This document shows positions 28,552 through 39,914 of a stretch of DNA of 64,000 nucleotides, one piece after another. The stretch is from Burkholderiales bacterium. GTDB lineage: Bacteria > Pseudomonadota > Gammaproteobacteria > Burkholderiales > SG8-39. The stretch spans positions 3,501 to 67,500 of the forward strand of contig DASTPE010000114.1 in assembly GCA_035762345.1 (NCBI GenBank), read 5' to 3'. Within the stretch, counting starts at the first letter, position 1, and every line of letters begins with the position of its first letter. A model generated the notes under the pieces. It was not told where the DNA came from. It ran no database searches and saw nothing but the letters and a program-made list of their open reading frames with translations. The position numbers and the translations under genes were made by a program.

Positions 28552-30602
28552 TGCGCGAGCTTGGAGATGTCGGCGACACGGTTCATCGCGTCGCGCAGGT
28601 CGCGCAGCAGCGCGAGACGACCCCGGCGAACTTCGGCATCGTCGACCATGACCATCACCGAGTCGAAGAATGAATCCACGGGCGCCTTGAGCACGGCGAA
28701 TGTCTTGAGGTACCCAGCATAGTCGCCGTTGGCAAAAAGCGCATTCGCGACTTTCGCGGCCGAGCGCACGGCGTCGTGCAGCGCTCGCTCCGCCGGCTCC
28801 CTGAGCTCGTCCAGTCGGGCACCTGCATACGACTCGCCTTTAGCCTCGGCCTGCCGCAGAATGTTCGCCACGCGCTTGTTGGCGACGGCTAGGCTCTCGG
28901 CCTCAGGCAAAGCCTGGAATGCCCTGACCGCCTCGAGCTGCTGCGGGACCAGATGCAACCGTACGGGATTTTGACTGAGCACCGACTCCACCTGAAGCGT
29001 CGAGAAGCCCTGGTCCTTCAGGTAGCCTGAGAAGCGCTCGAGGATAAAGGCCTGCAGGTCGCTTTGCGCATCGCGTACCCTGCCGGCGTAGGTGCCGAAC
29101 GCGGAGCCGAGCAAGTCAGGCAGCGGTAAATCGAGTTTGCGCTCCACCAGGATCCGGACCACGCCAAGCGCGGCGCGGCGCAGGCCAAAAGGATCCTTCT
29201 CCCCGGTCGGCTGCTGGCCGATGCCGAACATGCCGGCGAGCCCGTCAAGCTTGTCGGCAAGCGCGACCGCGCAGGCGATCTCGCCCTCCGGGAGCCGGTC
29301 GCCGGCGAAGCGCGGGCGATAGTGCGCTTCGATGGCGTCGGCGACCGCGCCCGGCTCTCCGTCGTTCAGCGCGTAGTAGCGGCCCATGGCGCCTTGGAGC
29401 TCGGGGAACTCGCCCACCATGCCGGTGAGCAGGTCCGCCTTCGACAGCCATGCCGCGCGCTCGGCCTGCAGAGCATCCGCTTTCAGAGCGCGTGCAATGA
29501 TGCCAGTCACAAGCTGCATGCGTTCGACGCGCTCGAGCTGGCTGCCCAGCTTGTTGTGGAAGATCACCTTGGCGAGCTCCGGCACCCGCGCTTCTAACCT
29601 GACCTTGCGGTCCTGGTTGTAGAAGAAGCGCGCGTCCTCCAGGCGCGGCCGTACGACGCGCTCGTTGCCGGCAATGATGTGGCGCGGGTCGGCGACTTTC
29701 ATGTTGGACACGATGAGAAACCTTGGTAGGAGCTTTCCGGCGCCGTCGAAGAGCGGAAAATACTTTTGGTTCTGCCGCATGGTGAGGATGAGGCATTCCG
29801 GCGGCACCTCGAGAAACGCGGCGTCGAACCCTCCACTATGAACGCTCGGATATTCGACGAGCGCGGTCACTTCGTCGAGCAGGTCTTCATAAACGCCAAG
29901 CGCCGCCTTCTCGCCTCCTGCTGCCGCCTTCAACTGGCGCTCGATCTCGTCGCGCCGAGCGCGGAAATCGGCGATCACCATGCCTTCCTCGCGCAGCCTT
30001 GCCTCGTACTCTGCGGCGTCGATTAGGGTAATTGCGCCCTTGCCCATAAAGCGGTGACCTTGGGTGCGGCGCGTGGACTCGAGGCCAAGCACCTTCCCCG
30101 GCACGATGCGCGTGCCGTGCATCATGACGAGGCCGTGCGCGGGGCGAACAAACTGCGCCTCCCCACTTCCCCAGCGCATGGTCTTTGCCACAGGTAGCCG
30201 CTTCAGCGCCTCTTCGACTTTCAGGTCGAGATTCGTATCGAGATGAGACCCCGCCACTAAGGTTCGGTAAGCGAATACTTTCCCCTTGGGTGTATCGATT
30301 TGAATCAACTCATCAACGGAAATTCCATTCCTCTTTGCGAATCCGGATACTGCTTGTGGAGACGCCTTCACCGAAGGGCCGGTGAACTGTACCGGCCGGT
30401 CCGGAGATTTCTCATGGACATGAGTGATGGATACGGCAAGGCGACGCGGAGTGGCAAGATACCTAGCGGCACTTTTTTCGGTGAGAAAGCCGTCTTCGCG
30501 AAGGTCTGCAACCAAGGCACTGCCAAGAGCATCCGACAATGCGTTCAGCGACTTTGGTGGTAACTCCTCCGTCAGCAGCTCGACGAGCAGTGTGGCTTCC
30601 AT
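28548..30602 (-). CDS. glyS: glycine--tRNA ligase beta subunit
   Basis: 684 aa, LLVELLTEELPPK, full-length GlyS architecture, directly downstream of glyQ. Confidence 0.97.
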   Translation of the reverse strand: MEATLLVELLTEELPPKSLNALSDALGSALVADLREDGFLTEKSAARYLATPRRLAVSITHVHEKSPDRPVQFTGPSVKASPQAVSGFAKRNGISVDELIQIDTPKGKVFAYRTLVAGSHLDTNLDLKVEEALKRLPVAKTMRWGSGEAQFVRPAHGLVMMHGTRIVPGKVLGLESTRRTQGHRFMGKGAITLIDAAEYEARLREEGMVIADFRARRDEIERQLKAAAGGEKAALGVYEDLLDEVTALVEYPSVHSGGFDAAFLEVPPECLILTMRQNQKYFPLFDGAGKLLPRFLIVSNMKVADPRHIIAGNERVVRPRLEDARFFYNQDRKVRLEARVPELAKVIFHNKLGSQLERVERMQLVTGIIARALKADALQAERAAWLSKADLLTGMVGEFPELQGAMGRYYALNDGEPGAVADAIEAHYRPRFAGDRLPEGEIACAVALADKLDGLAGMFGIGQQPTGEKDPFGLRRAALGVVRILVERKLDLPLPDLLGSAFGTYAGRVRDAQSDLQAFILERFSGYLKDQGFSTLQVESVLSQNPVRLHLVPQQLEAVRAFQALPEAESLAVANKRVANILRQAEAKGESYAGARLDELREPAERALHDAVRSAAKVANALFANGDYAGYLKTFAVLKAPVDSFFDSVMVMVDDAEVRRGRLALLRDLRDAMNRVADISKLAQ

Positions 30603-31478
<876 letters not shown>

Positions 31479-31487
31479 GCGCGGATT

Positions 31488-32936
31488 TTAACGGCTGCGC
31501 TTCGCCCTCACGGTGAGCAGCGTGAAAATGAGAAGGCAGGCGAGAACCACTGGCCAGTCCCGCAGGCGGACGTACGGCGTCGCGCCGGAGTATCCCTGCG
31601 CCGAGATTTCGAGCCGGCCCTCGGTGAACTGTTGCAGGCGAGCGATGACGCGTCCGTCGCGGTCGATCGCCGCGGTGATCCCCGTGTTGGTCGCAGTGAG
31701 ATACATGCGACCGCTCTCGATCGCGCGGATGCGGGCGATTTGCAGGTGCTGCGCCGGAGCAAGCGAATCGCCAAACCAGGCGACGTTGGACATGTTTACG
31801 AGCAGCGTCGCCTCGGGCAGGAGGCGCATGATCTCGGCGCCGAACACGTCCTCGTAGCAAATGTTGACCGCGACACGCTGGCTCCCGACGTCGAGCGGCG
31901 GCTGAGCGGGGGAGCCGCGGCTGAAGTCCGAGAGCGGGATCGAAAGAACGTCGAGCGTCCAGCGGAAGCCCAGGGGAACGAACTCGCCGAATGGCACGAG
32001 GTGCACCTTGTGGTAGATCTGCCGCGGCGATACGCCGAGGCTGAATGCGCTGTTGTAGTAAACGTCGCGCCCGGCCCGGTAAGGCACGCCAACCAGCAGG
32101 TCGCCCTCATTACGCTTGCCGACCGCATCAAGGCGCGCGAGATAGGCGGGATCGATGCGGTCCAGGAACGCGGGCAGCGCCGTTTCGGGAAAGATGACGA
32201 GCCGCGCCTGGGTGCCTTCGGCGAGTCGCGCGTAGGTCTCGAGAATGCGCGGTGCTCGCTCAGGAACGAACTTCACCTCCTGTGCGATGTTTCCCTGCAG
32301 GAGCGCGGTCGGGACCGGCGCCCCGGCCGGCAGCGTCCACGCGACGTGGCGCAGCGCCTCGCCAGTGCCGAGCACGAGCACCAGCACGACCAGGAACCGT
32401 GGCTTGTGTCCGAAAAGCAGCCAGAGCATTCCGCCAACTGAAACGATGAGGAAGGAGACCGCGTACACGCCGCCCAGCGGTGCATAGCCCTGCAGCGGCC
32501 ATCCCGCCGCCGAGTAGCCGAGCGCTAGCCAGGGAAAGCCGGTGAAAATCCACGAAAGCATCCATTCGCTTAGCACCCACGCCGCGGGGATGAGCAAACA
32601 GGCGCGCGCGGGATCGGTTGCCGGTACGCGCGCTTGCAGCCAACCGGCGGCTGCAGGAAAGAGCGCAAGAAGTGCGCAAAACACGACCGTGGCGAAAGCG
32701 GCGAGCGGCGCCGCCATCCCCCCGAACTGGTGCAGACTGACATACACCCACGACACGCCCGCACCGAAAAGGCCCGCCGCAAAGGCAAAGCCAAGCAAGG
32801 CGCAGCGCTGCGGCGGCGCGTGCATCCACAGACGGACGAGGACTGCCGATGTGAGCAGCGCAAGCGGGTGCAGCCCGAACGGCGCGAACGCCAGGGTGGT
32901 CGCGGCGCCCGCGAGAAAGGAATACAGCAGATGCAA
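31488..32936 (-). CDS. lnt: apolipoprotein N-acyltransferase
   Basis: Multi-TM N-terminal half, CN-hydrolase domain (LVIFPETA, ICYEDVF). Confidence 0.93.
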   Translation of the reverse strand: MHLLYSFLAGAATTLAFAPFGLHPLALLTSAVLVRLWMHAPPQRCALLGFAFAAGLFGAGVSWVYVSLHQFGGMAAPLAAFATVVFCALLALFPAAAGWLQARVPATDPARACLLIPAAWVLSEWMLSWIFTGFPWLALGYSAAGWPLQGYAPLGGVYAVSFLIVSVGGMLWLLFGHKPRFLVVLVLVLGTGEALRHVAWTLPAGAPVPTALLQGNIAQEVKFVPERAPRILETYARLAEGTQARLVIFPETALPAFLDRIDPAYLARLDAVGKRNEGDLLVGVPYRAGRDVYYNSAFSLGVSPRQIYHKVHLVPFGEFVPLGFRWTLDVLSIPLSDFSRGSPAQPPLDVGSQRVAVNICYEDVFGAEIMRLLPEATLLVNMSNVAWFGDSLAPAQHLQIARIRAIESGRMYLTATNTGITAAIDRDGRVIARLQQFTEGRLEISAQGYSGATPYVRLRDWPVVLACLLIFTLLTVRAKRSR

Positions 32937-32944
32937 GCCCGGGA

Positions 32945-33784
32945 TCAGCTCTTCGGTTTGTCGACCAGGAGCGTATAGACGCGGCGGCTGTCGGCACGCA
33001 GAACCTGGAAGCGCAGGCCCTCGATCAGCACCGACTCGCCGCGCTTCGGCAAGCGGCCGAGGTGCTTGATGAGATAGCCACCGATAGTGTCGGCTGCCTC
33101 GTCGGAGAGATGCGTGCCGAAGGCGGCGTTGAAGTCGGCGATCTGCGTGAGCGCCTTGACTCGGTGCCGGCCGCCCGGCTCGGGCAGGATGTTGTCGGAG
33201 GCCTCGTCGAAGTCGTATTCGTCCTCGATGTCGCCGACGATCTGCTCGAGCACGTCCTCGATCGTGACAAGGCCCGCGACGCCGCCGTACTCGTCTATGA
33301 CGATCGCCATGTGGTTGCGGCTGGCGCGGAACTCGCGCAGCAGGACGTTGAGCCGCTTCGCTTCCGGAACGAACACTGCCGGGCGCAGCATCTCGCGCAC
33401 GTTGAACTCCTCTTCGCCGGCATAAAAACGAAGGAGGTCTTTGGCCAGCAACACGCCGATCACATCGTCGCGGTTCTGATCGATCACCGGGAAGCGCGAG
33501 TGCGCAGTGGCGATCACCTGCTTCACGAACTTCTCCACCGGCTCGTTAATGTCGATGAAGTCGACCTGGGCGCGCGGCACCATGATGTCGCGCACTGCCA
33601 TCTCCGACACGGTGAGCGCTCCTTCGATGATCGAGAGCGCGTCGGCGTCGAGCAGGTTGCGGGAATACGCCGACCTCAAAAGCTGCGTGAGCTCGCTGCG
33701 GTCGCCGGGCTCGCGCATCAGCAGCGCCGAAAGGCGCTCAAGCAGGCTTGGTCGGGACTGATCGTTCATGCCTGGCGCGTTCAT
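32945..33784 (-). CDS. corC: HlyC/CorC-family transporter-associated protein (CBS pair + CorC_HlyC)
   Basis: VRDIMVPR, two CBS motifs, GLVTIEDVLEQIVGDIEDE, C-terminal CorC domain. Confidence 0.9.
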   Translation of the reverse strand: MNAPGMNDQSRPSLLERLSALLMREPGDRSELTQLLRSAYSRNLLDADALSIIEGALTVSEMAVRDIMVPRAQVDFIDINEPVEKFVKQVIATAHSRFPVIDQNRDDVIGVLLAKDLLRFYAGEEEFNVREMLRPAVFVPEAKRLNVLLREFRASRNHMAIVIDEYGGVAGLVTIEDVLEQIVGDIEDEYDFDEASDNILPEPGGRHRVKALTQIADFNAAFGTHLSDEAADTIGGYLIKHLGRLPKRGESVLIEGLRFQVLRADSRRVYTLLVDKPKS

Positions 33785-34209
33785 TCTACCGCGTAGGGGT
33801 TGGCGATTCCGGCGCGCAGCAGGATGCGAATCTCGCGCGCTTCCATGCGCGCCGCATCCCTTTTCTTTTCATGAGCGTAGCCGCGCAGGTGCAGGCATCC
33901 GTGCACCACGAGATGCGCGTAGTGCGCCGCAATGCTCTTCCCCTGTGCGCGCGCTTCGCGCCGGATGACAGGGTGGCACAGCACGATGTCGCCGGTGTCG
34001 AATGTCAGCACGTTCGTCGCACGATCCTTTCCTCGGAACGTCTTGTTGAGCGCGCGGCCTTCGCGTTCGCCGACGACTCTCAACGTCAGGGGAAACGGCG
34101 ACGCGGCAAATGCCCACTTGCGCAGAGACGCGGCACTCGGCACCCCGCTCCGCGGCACTGCGTATTGAACAGAGACCCTATTCTTCCTGCTGACGCGAGT
34201 CGTAGGCAT
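33781..34209 (-). CDS. ybeY: rRNA maturation endoribonuclease YbeY
   Basis: TNVLTFD, HLVVHGCLHLRGYAHE zinc motif; ATGA overlap with corC. Confidence 0.93.
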   Translation of the reverse strand: MPTTRVSRKNRVSVQYAVPRSGVPSAASLRKWAFAASPFPLTLRVVGEREGRALNKTFRGKDRATNVLTFDTGDIVLCHPVIRREARAQGKSIAAHYAHLVVHGCLHLRGYAHEKKRDAARMEAREIRILLRAGIANPYAVE

Positions 34210-35104
34210 CGATGATGCGCGCGACCAACGGGTGCCGCACCACGTCCTGCGCGCCGAACTGCGTGAAGGCGATGCCGCGCACGCCGGCGAGGATGCGGCG
34301 CGCCTCGATCAGCCCGCTCTTCTGACCGCGCGCGAGGTCGATCTGGGTGACATCGCCGTTGACCACCGCTTTGGCGCCGAAGCCGATGCGCGTCAGAAAC
34401 ATCTTCATCTGTTCCGGCGTCGTGTTCTGTGCTTCGTCGAGGATGATGAAAGCGTGATTGAGTGTCCTGCCGCGCATGTAAGCGAGCGGCGCCAGCTCGA
34501 TCGTGCCGCGCTCGAGCAGCTTGCCGGTTTTCTCGAAACCCATGAGGTCGAAGAGTGCGTCGTAAAGCGGTCGCAGGTAGGGATCGACCTTCTGCGCGAG
34601 GTCGCCGGGAAGGAATCCGAGACGCTCGCCCGCCTCCACTGCGGGCCGCACGAGCACGATGCGCTTGACCTTGTCGCGCTCGAGCGTATCGACTGCGCAT
34701 GCCACCGCCAGGTAGGTCTTGCCGGTGCCGGCCGGGCCGATGCCGACAGTGAGATCGTGCGCGAGGATGTTCTCGATGTACTCCACCTGGTGCGGGGTGC
34801 GGCCGTGCAGGTCGGCGCGCCGGGTAAGCAGCTGCGGCCCTTCGTCCTTCAGTGAGATCTTTTTGGACAGCTCGGTAAGGCCGAGCTGCACGTCCTCGAC
34901 GGTTAGATCGCCCGAAGCGCGGTCGTAAAAGTGTTCGATTGCTTCGGCCGCGCGCTGCGCCTGCTCGCCCTTCACGCTGAACTTCGCGCCGCGGCGCGCG
35001 ATAGTGACGTCGAGGGCGGACTCGATCTGGCGGATATTCTCGTCGAGCGCGCCGCACAGACGCGCGAGTCGCTGGTTGTCGACCGGGTCCAGCTTCACTT
35101 CCAC
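34178..35104 (-). CDS. ybeZ: PhoH-family ATPase
   Basis: GPAGTGKTYLAVA Walker A, FIILDEAQNTT, PhoH signature. Confidence 0.93.
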   Translation of the reverse strand: MEVKLDPVDNQRLARLCGALDENIRQIESALDVTIARRGAKFSVKGEQAQRAAEAIEHFYDRASGDLTVEDVQLGLTELSKKISLKDEGPQLLTRRADLHGRTPHQVEYIENILAHDLTVGIGPAGTGKTYLAVACAVDTLERDKVKRIVLVRPAVEAGERLGFLPGDLAQKVDPYLRPLYDALFDLMGFEKTGKLLERGTIELAPLAYMRGRTLNHAFIILDEAQNTTPEQMKMFLTRIGFGAKAVVNGDVTQIDLARGQKSGLIEARRILAGVRGIAFTQFGAQDVVRHPLVARIIDAYDSRQQEE

Positions 35105-35115
35105 CGGTTTCGCCC

Positions 35116-36432
35116 TCAGACGAGCTCGCCCCGCAGGCTGTGAGGAAGGGCGGCGACTATGCGCAGGTGCACGTATTGGTTAATGAGCGATTCCGGCCCG
35201 GGAAAGTTCACCACGCGGTTATTGCCGGTGCGCCCCCGCAGTTCGCTCTTCTGTTTCTTGGAATGACCCTCCACCAGCACGCGCTGAGTCGTTCCGACCA
35301 TCGCCGAGCTGATGGCGCCTGCCTGCGCTTCGAGCTGCGCCTGCAGGCGCTGCAGCCTTTCGATTTTTTCGGAATGAGAAACCGCATCGGGCAGCTCCGC
35401 CGCTGGGGTTCCCGGCCGCGGGCTGTAGACGAACGAGAACGAGGCGTCGAAATCGGCGTCGCGCGCGAGCTTGAGCGTCGCCTGGAAGTCGGCCTCGGTC
35501 TCGCCTGGGAAGCCGACGATGAAGTCCGACGACAGGCTCACATCTGGACGCGCCCGGCGCAGCCGCCGCACGATCGAGCGGTACTCGAGCGCGGTATAGC
35601 CGCGCTTCATGGCCGCGAGCACACGGTCCGAGCCGGACTGGACGGGGAGATGGACGTGCGGCGCGAGCTTCTGGATGTCGCGGTGAGCGTCGATGAGCCG
35701 CTGGGTAAATTCGCGCGGATGCGAGGTGGTGTAGCGGATGCGCTCCAGCCCCGGTATTTCGTCCAGGTAGTAAAGCAGCTCGGCGAAATCGGCCGGCGCT
35801 TCGGCGATTTCCCCGCGCCAGGCGTTCACGTTCTGTCCGAGCAGGGTGAGTTCCTTGACGCCCTGCGCCGCGAGCCCGGCGACTTCGGCGACCACGTCGT
35901 CGAACCGCCGCGAAAGCTCTTCACCGCGCGTGTAAGGGACGACGCAGAAGCTGCAGTATTTGCTGCAGCCCTCCATGATCGATACGAACGCAGAGGCGCC
36001 TTCGACTTTCGCGGGCGGAAGGTGATCGAACTTCTCGATTTCCGGGAAGCTCACGTCGACCTGGGCTTTGCCGCTCGCGCGCCGGCGCTCGAGGAGCTCG
36101 GGCAGGCGGTGCAGCGTCTGCGGACCGAACACCACGTCGACGTAGGGCGCGCGTTCCACGATCGCTGGCCCTTCCTGGCTCGCGACACAGCCGCCCACGG
36201 CGATCATCACGCCAGGACGCAGCCGCTTGAGGTGCTTCACCCGGCCGAGGTCGCTAAAGACCTTCTCCTGCGCTTTCTCCCGCACCGAGCAGGTATTAAA
36301 GACGATGACGTCGGCCTGCGCCGGGTCTGACGTGAGCTCGAGAGCTTCCGCGTCACGCATCACGTCCGCGATCCGGTCGGAGTCGTACTCGTTCATCTGG
36401 CAGCCGAAGGTGCGGAGGTAGAGTTTCTTCAT
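35116..36432 (-). CDS. miaB: tRNA (N6-isopentenyl-A37) methylthiotransferase
   Basis: [18 protein letters not shown], radical-SAM [16 protein letters not shown]-terminus; longer ORF to 36765 is a different-frame artefact. Confidence 0.95.
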   Translation of the reverse strand: MKKLYLRTFGCQMNEYDSDRIADVMRDAEALELTSDPAQADVIVFNTCSVREKAQEKVFSDLGRVKHLKRLRPGVMIAVGGCVASQEGPAIVERAPYVDVVFGPQTLHRLPELLERRRASGKAQVDVSFPEIEKFDHLPPAKVEGASAFVSIMEGCSKYCSFCVVPYTRGEELSRRFDDVVAEVAGLAAQGVKELTLLGQNVNAWRGEIAEAPADFAELLYYLDEIPGLERIRYTTSHPREFTQRLIDAHRDIQKLAPHVHLPVQSGSDRVLAAMKRGYTALEYRSIVRRLRRARPDVSLSSDFIVGFPGETEADFQATLKLARDADFDASFSFVYSPRPGTPAAELPDAVSHSEKIERLQRLQAQLEAQAGAISSAMVGTTQRVLVEGHSKKQKSELRGRTGNNRVVNFPGPESLINQYVHLRIVAALPHSLRGELV

Positions 36433-36746
36433 TTCGGGAAGGGTGCGGGCGGCAGCGCTGCCTTTTCGACCTCCGATAGAATCCAGACCCGGTGCACCAT
36501 GCCGGTCGAGTCCACGAGGTAGCGGACTTGCGTCTTCTCCACGAGCGATACGGGCAGCACCAGCCGGTTGTCCGGGTCGCGGATCTGCGCGCCCGGCGCA
36601 AGACTGCGCGGCTTGCCGTCGATCTCGACTACCATGGCTTCCAGGTGGCGCAACTGGCCGAGGACGGCCTCTTTCGGGATGGTGCGCAACTGAGCCACGG
36701 CGAGGGCGGCGCTGGTTGCCAGAGCGGCGAAAACGAGGGCGCGCAT
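36429..36746 (-). CDS. hypothetical small exported protein
   Basis: 105 aa, signal peptide [19 protein letters not shown]; stop overlaps miaB start (ATGA), start overlaps the OsmC-family stop; no recognisable domain. Confidence 0.55.
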   Translation of the reverse strand: MRALVFAALATSAALAVAQLRTIPKEAVLGQLRHLEAMVVEIDGKPRSLAPGAQIRDPDNRLVLPVSLVEKTQVRYLVDSTGMVHRVWILSEVEKAALPPAPFPK

Positions 36747-37165
36747 CAGGTGTCCATGATCTCAAAATCGCGCGTTACTTCGGCGGTCTTGAGGAGCATC
36801 GCAGTGGCCGAGCAATATTTCTCATGCGACAGACGGATCGCCTGCTCGACGAGGTTGCGCTTGAGAGCGCGGCCGCGTATCACGAAGCGCATATGGACCT
36901 TGGTGAAGACCTTCGGGTCGATCGCCGCACGCTCGGCCGAGAGCTTGACTTCACAGCCCGTCACGTCCTGACCGCTTTTCTTCAGGATTACGACCACATC
37001 GTAGGCCGTGCAGCCGCCGGTGCCCGCAAGTACCAGTTCCATGGGGCGCGGCGCAAGATTGCGCCCGCCGCCCTCCGGGGCGCCGTCCATGGCCACCAGG
37101 TGATTGCTTCCGGTCTCGGCAATGAAGCTCATGCCGTCTGCGGTCCAGCGCACCGTGCAATCCAT
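36746..37165 (-). CDS. OsmC-family protein
   Basis: 139 aa, [18 protein letters not shown] and [10 protein letters not shown], the two conserved Cys regions of OsmC/YhfA-like proteins. Confidence 0.85.
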   Translation of the reverse strand: MDCTVRWTADGMSFIAETGSNHLVAMDGAPEGGGRNLAPRPMELVLAGTGGCTAYDVVVILKKSGQDVTGCEVKLSAERAAIDPKVFTKVHMRFVIRGRALKRNLVEQAIRLSHEKYCSATAMLLKTAEVTRDFEIMDT

Positions 37166-37217
37166 GACACTAATCTAGCTTTTTTGTGTAAAATCCGCAG
37201 CTTTTCTCGCTTTCGGC

Positions 37218-37646
37218 ATGACAACCTACACCGCAAAAACAGGCGAGGTCCGGCACGGCTGGTACGTGGTCGACGCGCAGAACAAAGTCCTTGGCCGTCT
37301 CGCTGCACAGATCGCGGCGCGCTTGCGCGGCAAGCATAAGCCGCAATACACGCCCCACGTCGATACTGGCGACTACATCGTTGTGGTGAACGCCGCCAAG
37401 CTGCGGGTCACCGGCCGCAAGCCCGAGCGCAAGATCTATTACCGCCACAGCGGGCAGCCCGGCCAGCTGCACCAGATCAATTTTGCCAAGCTGCAGGCCA
37501 AGCGCCCGGAGCGGGTCCTGCAGATCGCGGTGAAAGGAATGCTGCCGAAAGGACCACTCGGGTACGCGATGATCAAGAAGCTCAAGGTCTACGGGGGCGC
37601 CAGTCATCCTCACTCGGCGCAGCAGCCGAAGGCACTGGAGATCTAG
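37218..37646 (+). CDS. rplM: 50S ribosomal protein L13
   Basis: [15 protein letters not shown], 142 aa. Confidence 0.98.
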   Translation: MTTYTAKTGEVRHGWYVVDAQNKVLGRLAAQIAARLRGKHKPQYTPHVDTGDYIVVVNAAKLRVTGRKPERKIYYRHSGQPGQLHQINFAKLQAKRPERVLQIAVKGMLPKGPLGYAMIKKLKVYGGASHPHSAQQPKALEI

Positions 37647-37647
37647 C

Positions 37648-38040
37648 ATGGTCGGCGACTATTACTACGGCACGGGGCGGCGCAAGAGCGCTGTGGCGCG
37701 CGTGTTCCTCAAGCCGGGCAAGGGAGAGTTCAAGGTAAACGGGAAGCCGGTGGACCAGTTTTTCGGCCGCGAGACTGGGCGCATGGTGGTACGCCAGCCG
37801 CTCGAGCTCACAAAGAGCCTGTCGTCCTTCGACATCATGGTGAATGTCTACGGGGGCGGCGAAAGCGGGCAAGCGGGAGCCGTGCGTCACGGCATCGCCA
37901 GAGCGCTGATCGAGTATGATGCGGGACTGAAGAGCGCACTGAGCGCGGCTGGACTGGTGACGCGCGACGCGCGAGAAGTGGAGCGAAAAAAAGTCGGCCT
38001 GCACAAGGCAAGGCGGCGCAAGCAGTACTCGAAACGCTGA
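37648..38040 (+). CDS. rpsI: 30S ribosomal protein S9
   Basis: [14 protein letters not shown] ... RRRKQYSKR, 130 aa. Confidence 0.98.
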   Translation: MVGDYYYGTGRRKSAVARVFLKPGKGEFKVNGKPVDQFFGRETGRMVVRQPLELTKSLSSFDIMVNVYGGGESGQAGAVRHGIARALIEYDAGLKSALSAAGLVTRDAREVERKKVGLHKARRRKQYSKR

Positions 38041-38063
38041 ATATGCGGGGATTCCGCGATCCG

Positions 38064-38094
38064 AAAGCCGCCAATTGGCGGCTTTTGCTTTTTT
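38064..38094 (+). terminator. rho-independent terminator after rpsI
   Basis: Perfect palindrome AAAGCCGCCAATTGGCGGCTTT followed by TGCTTTTTT, ending 1 nt before the argC ATG. Confidence 0.7.
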
Positions 38095-39135
38095 ATGATT
38101 AGAGCAGGAATTGTCGGAGGAACGGGGTACACGGGCGTCGAGCTCCTGCGCCTGCTCGCCCAGCATCCTGGCGTCGAGCTGAAGGCGATCACGTCGCGCA
38201 AGGAGGCCGGCACACCGGTCGCGCGCATGTTTCCGAGCTTGCGGCGGCGGGTGGACCTCGCCTTCAGCGAGCCGAGCGCGCGTGCGCTCGCCGGCTGCGA
38301 CGTCGTGTTCTTCGCAACGCCGAATTGCGTCGCCATGGGTGAGGCGCGCGCGGTGCTTGAGGGAGGCGCACGGATCGTGGACCTCTCCGCGGATTTCCGC
38401 CTCCACGACGTGGCGGAGTGGGAGCGCTGGTACAAAACCAAGCACGCCGCCCCTGAGCTGATTCGCGAAGCGGTCTATGGACTGCCGGAAATGAATCGAG
38501 AACAGCTGCGGCGTGCGCGGCTCGTGGCGAACCCGGGATGCTATCCGACGTCCGTCCAGCTGGGCTTCCTGCCGCTCGTCGAGACCGGCGTCGTCGACGT
38601 TGAGCACCTCATCGCTGACGCGAAATCGGGGGTGAGCGGAGCCGGACGCAAGACGGAGCTCAATCTCATGTTCTCGGAAGCTTCCGACAACTTCGCCGCC
38701 TACCACATCGCGGGGCATCGGCATTGGCCGGAGATCCGGCAAGGCCTTGCGCAGGCGGCGAAGCGCGATGTCGGCCTCGTGTTTACGCCGCATCTCACGC
38801 CTCTTATTCGCGGCATTCACGCGACGCTGTACTCCCGCATTACCCGGGAGGCGGATTTCCAGCAGCTTTTCGAAAAGCGTTACGCGGGCGAGCCCTTCGT
38901 TGACGTCATGCCCGCGGGCAGCCACCCCGATACGCGCTCGGTGCGCGCCGCCAATATCTGCCGCCTCGCGGTGCATCGACCCCCCGAGCGCGCCGGCCGC
39001 TCCGATACCATTGTGGTGCTGTCAGTAATCGACAACCTGGTGAAGGGGGCCTCCGGACAGGCGGTGCAGAACATGAACCTCATGTTCGGCCTGCCGGAAG
39101 CAGCCGGGCTGGAACACGTGGCCGTAGTGCCCTAG
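38095..39135 (+). CDS. argC: N-acetyl-gamma-glutamyl-phosphate reductase
   Basis: [24 protein letters not shown] active-site Cys. Confidence 0.96.
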   Translation: MIRAGIVGGTGYTGVELLRLLAQHPGVELKAITSRKEAGTPVARMFPSLRRRVDLAFSEPSARALAGCDVVFFATPNCVAMGEARAVLEGGARIVDLSADFRLHDVAEWERWYKTKHAAPELIREAVYGLPEMNREQLRRARLVANPGCYPTSVQLGFLPLVETGVVDVEHLIADAKSGVSGAGRKTELNLMFSEASDNFAAYHIAGHRHWPEIRQGLAQAAKRDVGLVFTPHLTPLIRGIHATLYSRITREADFQQLFEKRYAGEPFVDVMPAGSHPDTRSVRAANICRLAVHRPPERAGRSDTIVVLSVIDNLVKGASGQAVQNMNLMFGLPEAAGLEHVAVVP

Positions 39136-39891
39136 ATGCCCTCGGGCCGCTGGAAAGTCATTCGGAGCCGCTTCGGCATCGCGGCGCCGCGCGTCGAGAT
39201 ACATACTCAAATCCCATGGTACTTGCGTTGGGTTGGCATTGCAGTCCTGCTCGGCCTTGCCGCCATAGCGGCGTCTTGGATCTACGACGCCGGCAGGCGC
39301 TTTGCGGGCTTCGATCGCAGCGAGGTGCTGCAAGAGCTGAAGCGCGTGCAAGGCGAGCTCGACAACGCGCGCGAGGAGCTTGAGCGCCTGCGGGCGATGG
39401 CGAACGCGGCCGACAGCCGGGTCTCGATCGAGCGCACGGCGCAGCAGAAGCTCGCCCAGCAGGTGCGCGCGCTGGAGCAAGAAAACGCCCGCGTGCGCGA
39501 AGAGCTGGCGATGGTCGAGCAAATGCTCACATCGGAAGAACGTCACACTCAGACCCTGGCCATCTACCAGTTCAAGGTCCAGCCGGACGTTTTGCCAGGC
39601 GAATACCGCTACCGGCTTCTTTTGCTTACGCCGACTGACCGGCGGGGCCGCGACTTCAACGGGCGGCTCGAGCTCGTCGTCAACCTGCAGGAAGGAGGGC
39701 GGAATGCTATGATGTCCTTCCCGGAGCCGGGCGACGGCGCGGCGGCGGCATTCCGGTTAGCGTTCAAGTACTTCCGTCGGGTCGAAGGGACTTTTCGGGT
39801 CAGCCCGAAGGCGAAGGTAGAGAGCGTGCAAGTACGGGTCTACGAGACTGGCTCGAATCAGCCGCGCGCGACCCACTCGGTGACGCTGTAG
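39136..39891 (+). CDS. membrane-anchored coiled-coil protein (DUF6776-like)
   Basis: One TM helix (WVGIAVLLGLAAIAASWIY), about 90-aa coiled coil, beta-rich C-terminal domain; domain name recalled, not verified. Confidence 0.6.
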   Translation: MPSGRWKVIRSRFGIAAPRVEIHTQIPWYLRWVGIAVLLGLAAIAASWIYDAGRRFAGFDRSEVLQELKRVQGELDNAREELERLRAMANAADSRVSIERTAQQKLAQQVRALEQENARVREELAMVEQMLTSEERHTQTLAIYQFKVQPDVLPGEYRYRLLLLTPTDRRGRDFNGRLELVVNLQEGGRNAMMSFPEPGDGAAAAFRLAFKYFRRVEGTFRVSPKAKVESVQVRVYETGSNQPRATHSVTL

Positions 39892-39914
39892 CGGTCGAGG
39901 GAAGGAGCGGATAC

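Noticed and set aside
37582-38976. 464-aa minus-strand ORF opposite rpsI and argC
   Set aside because: Antisense to two universally conserved genes, with no motifs.
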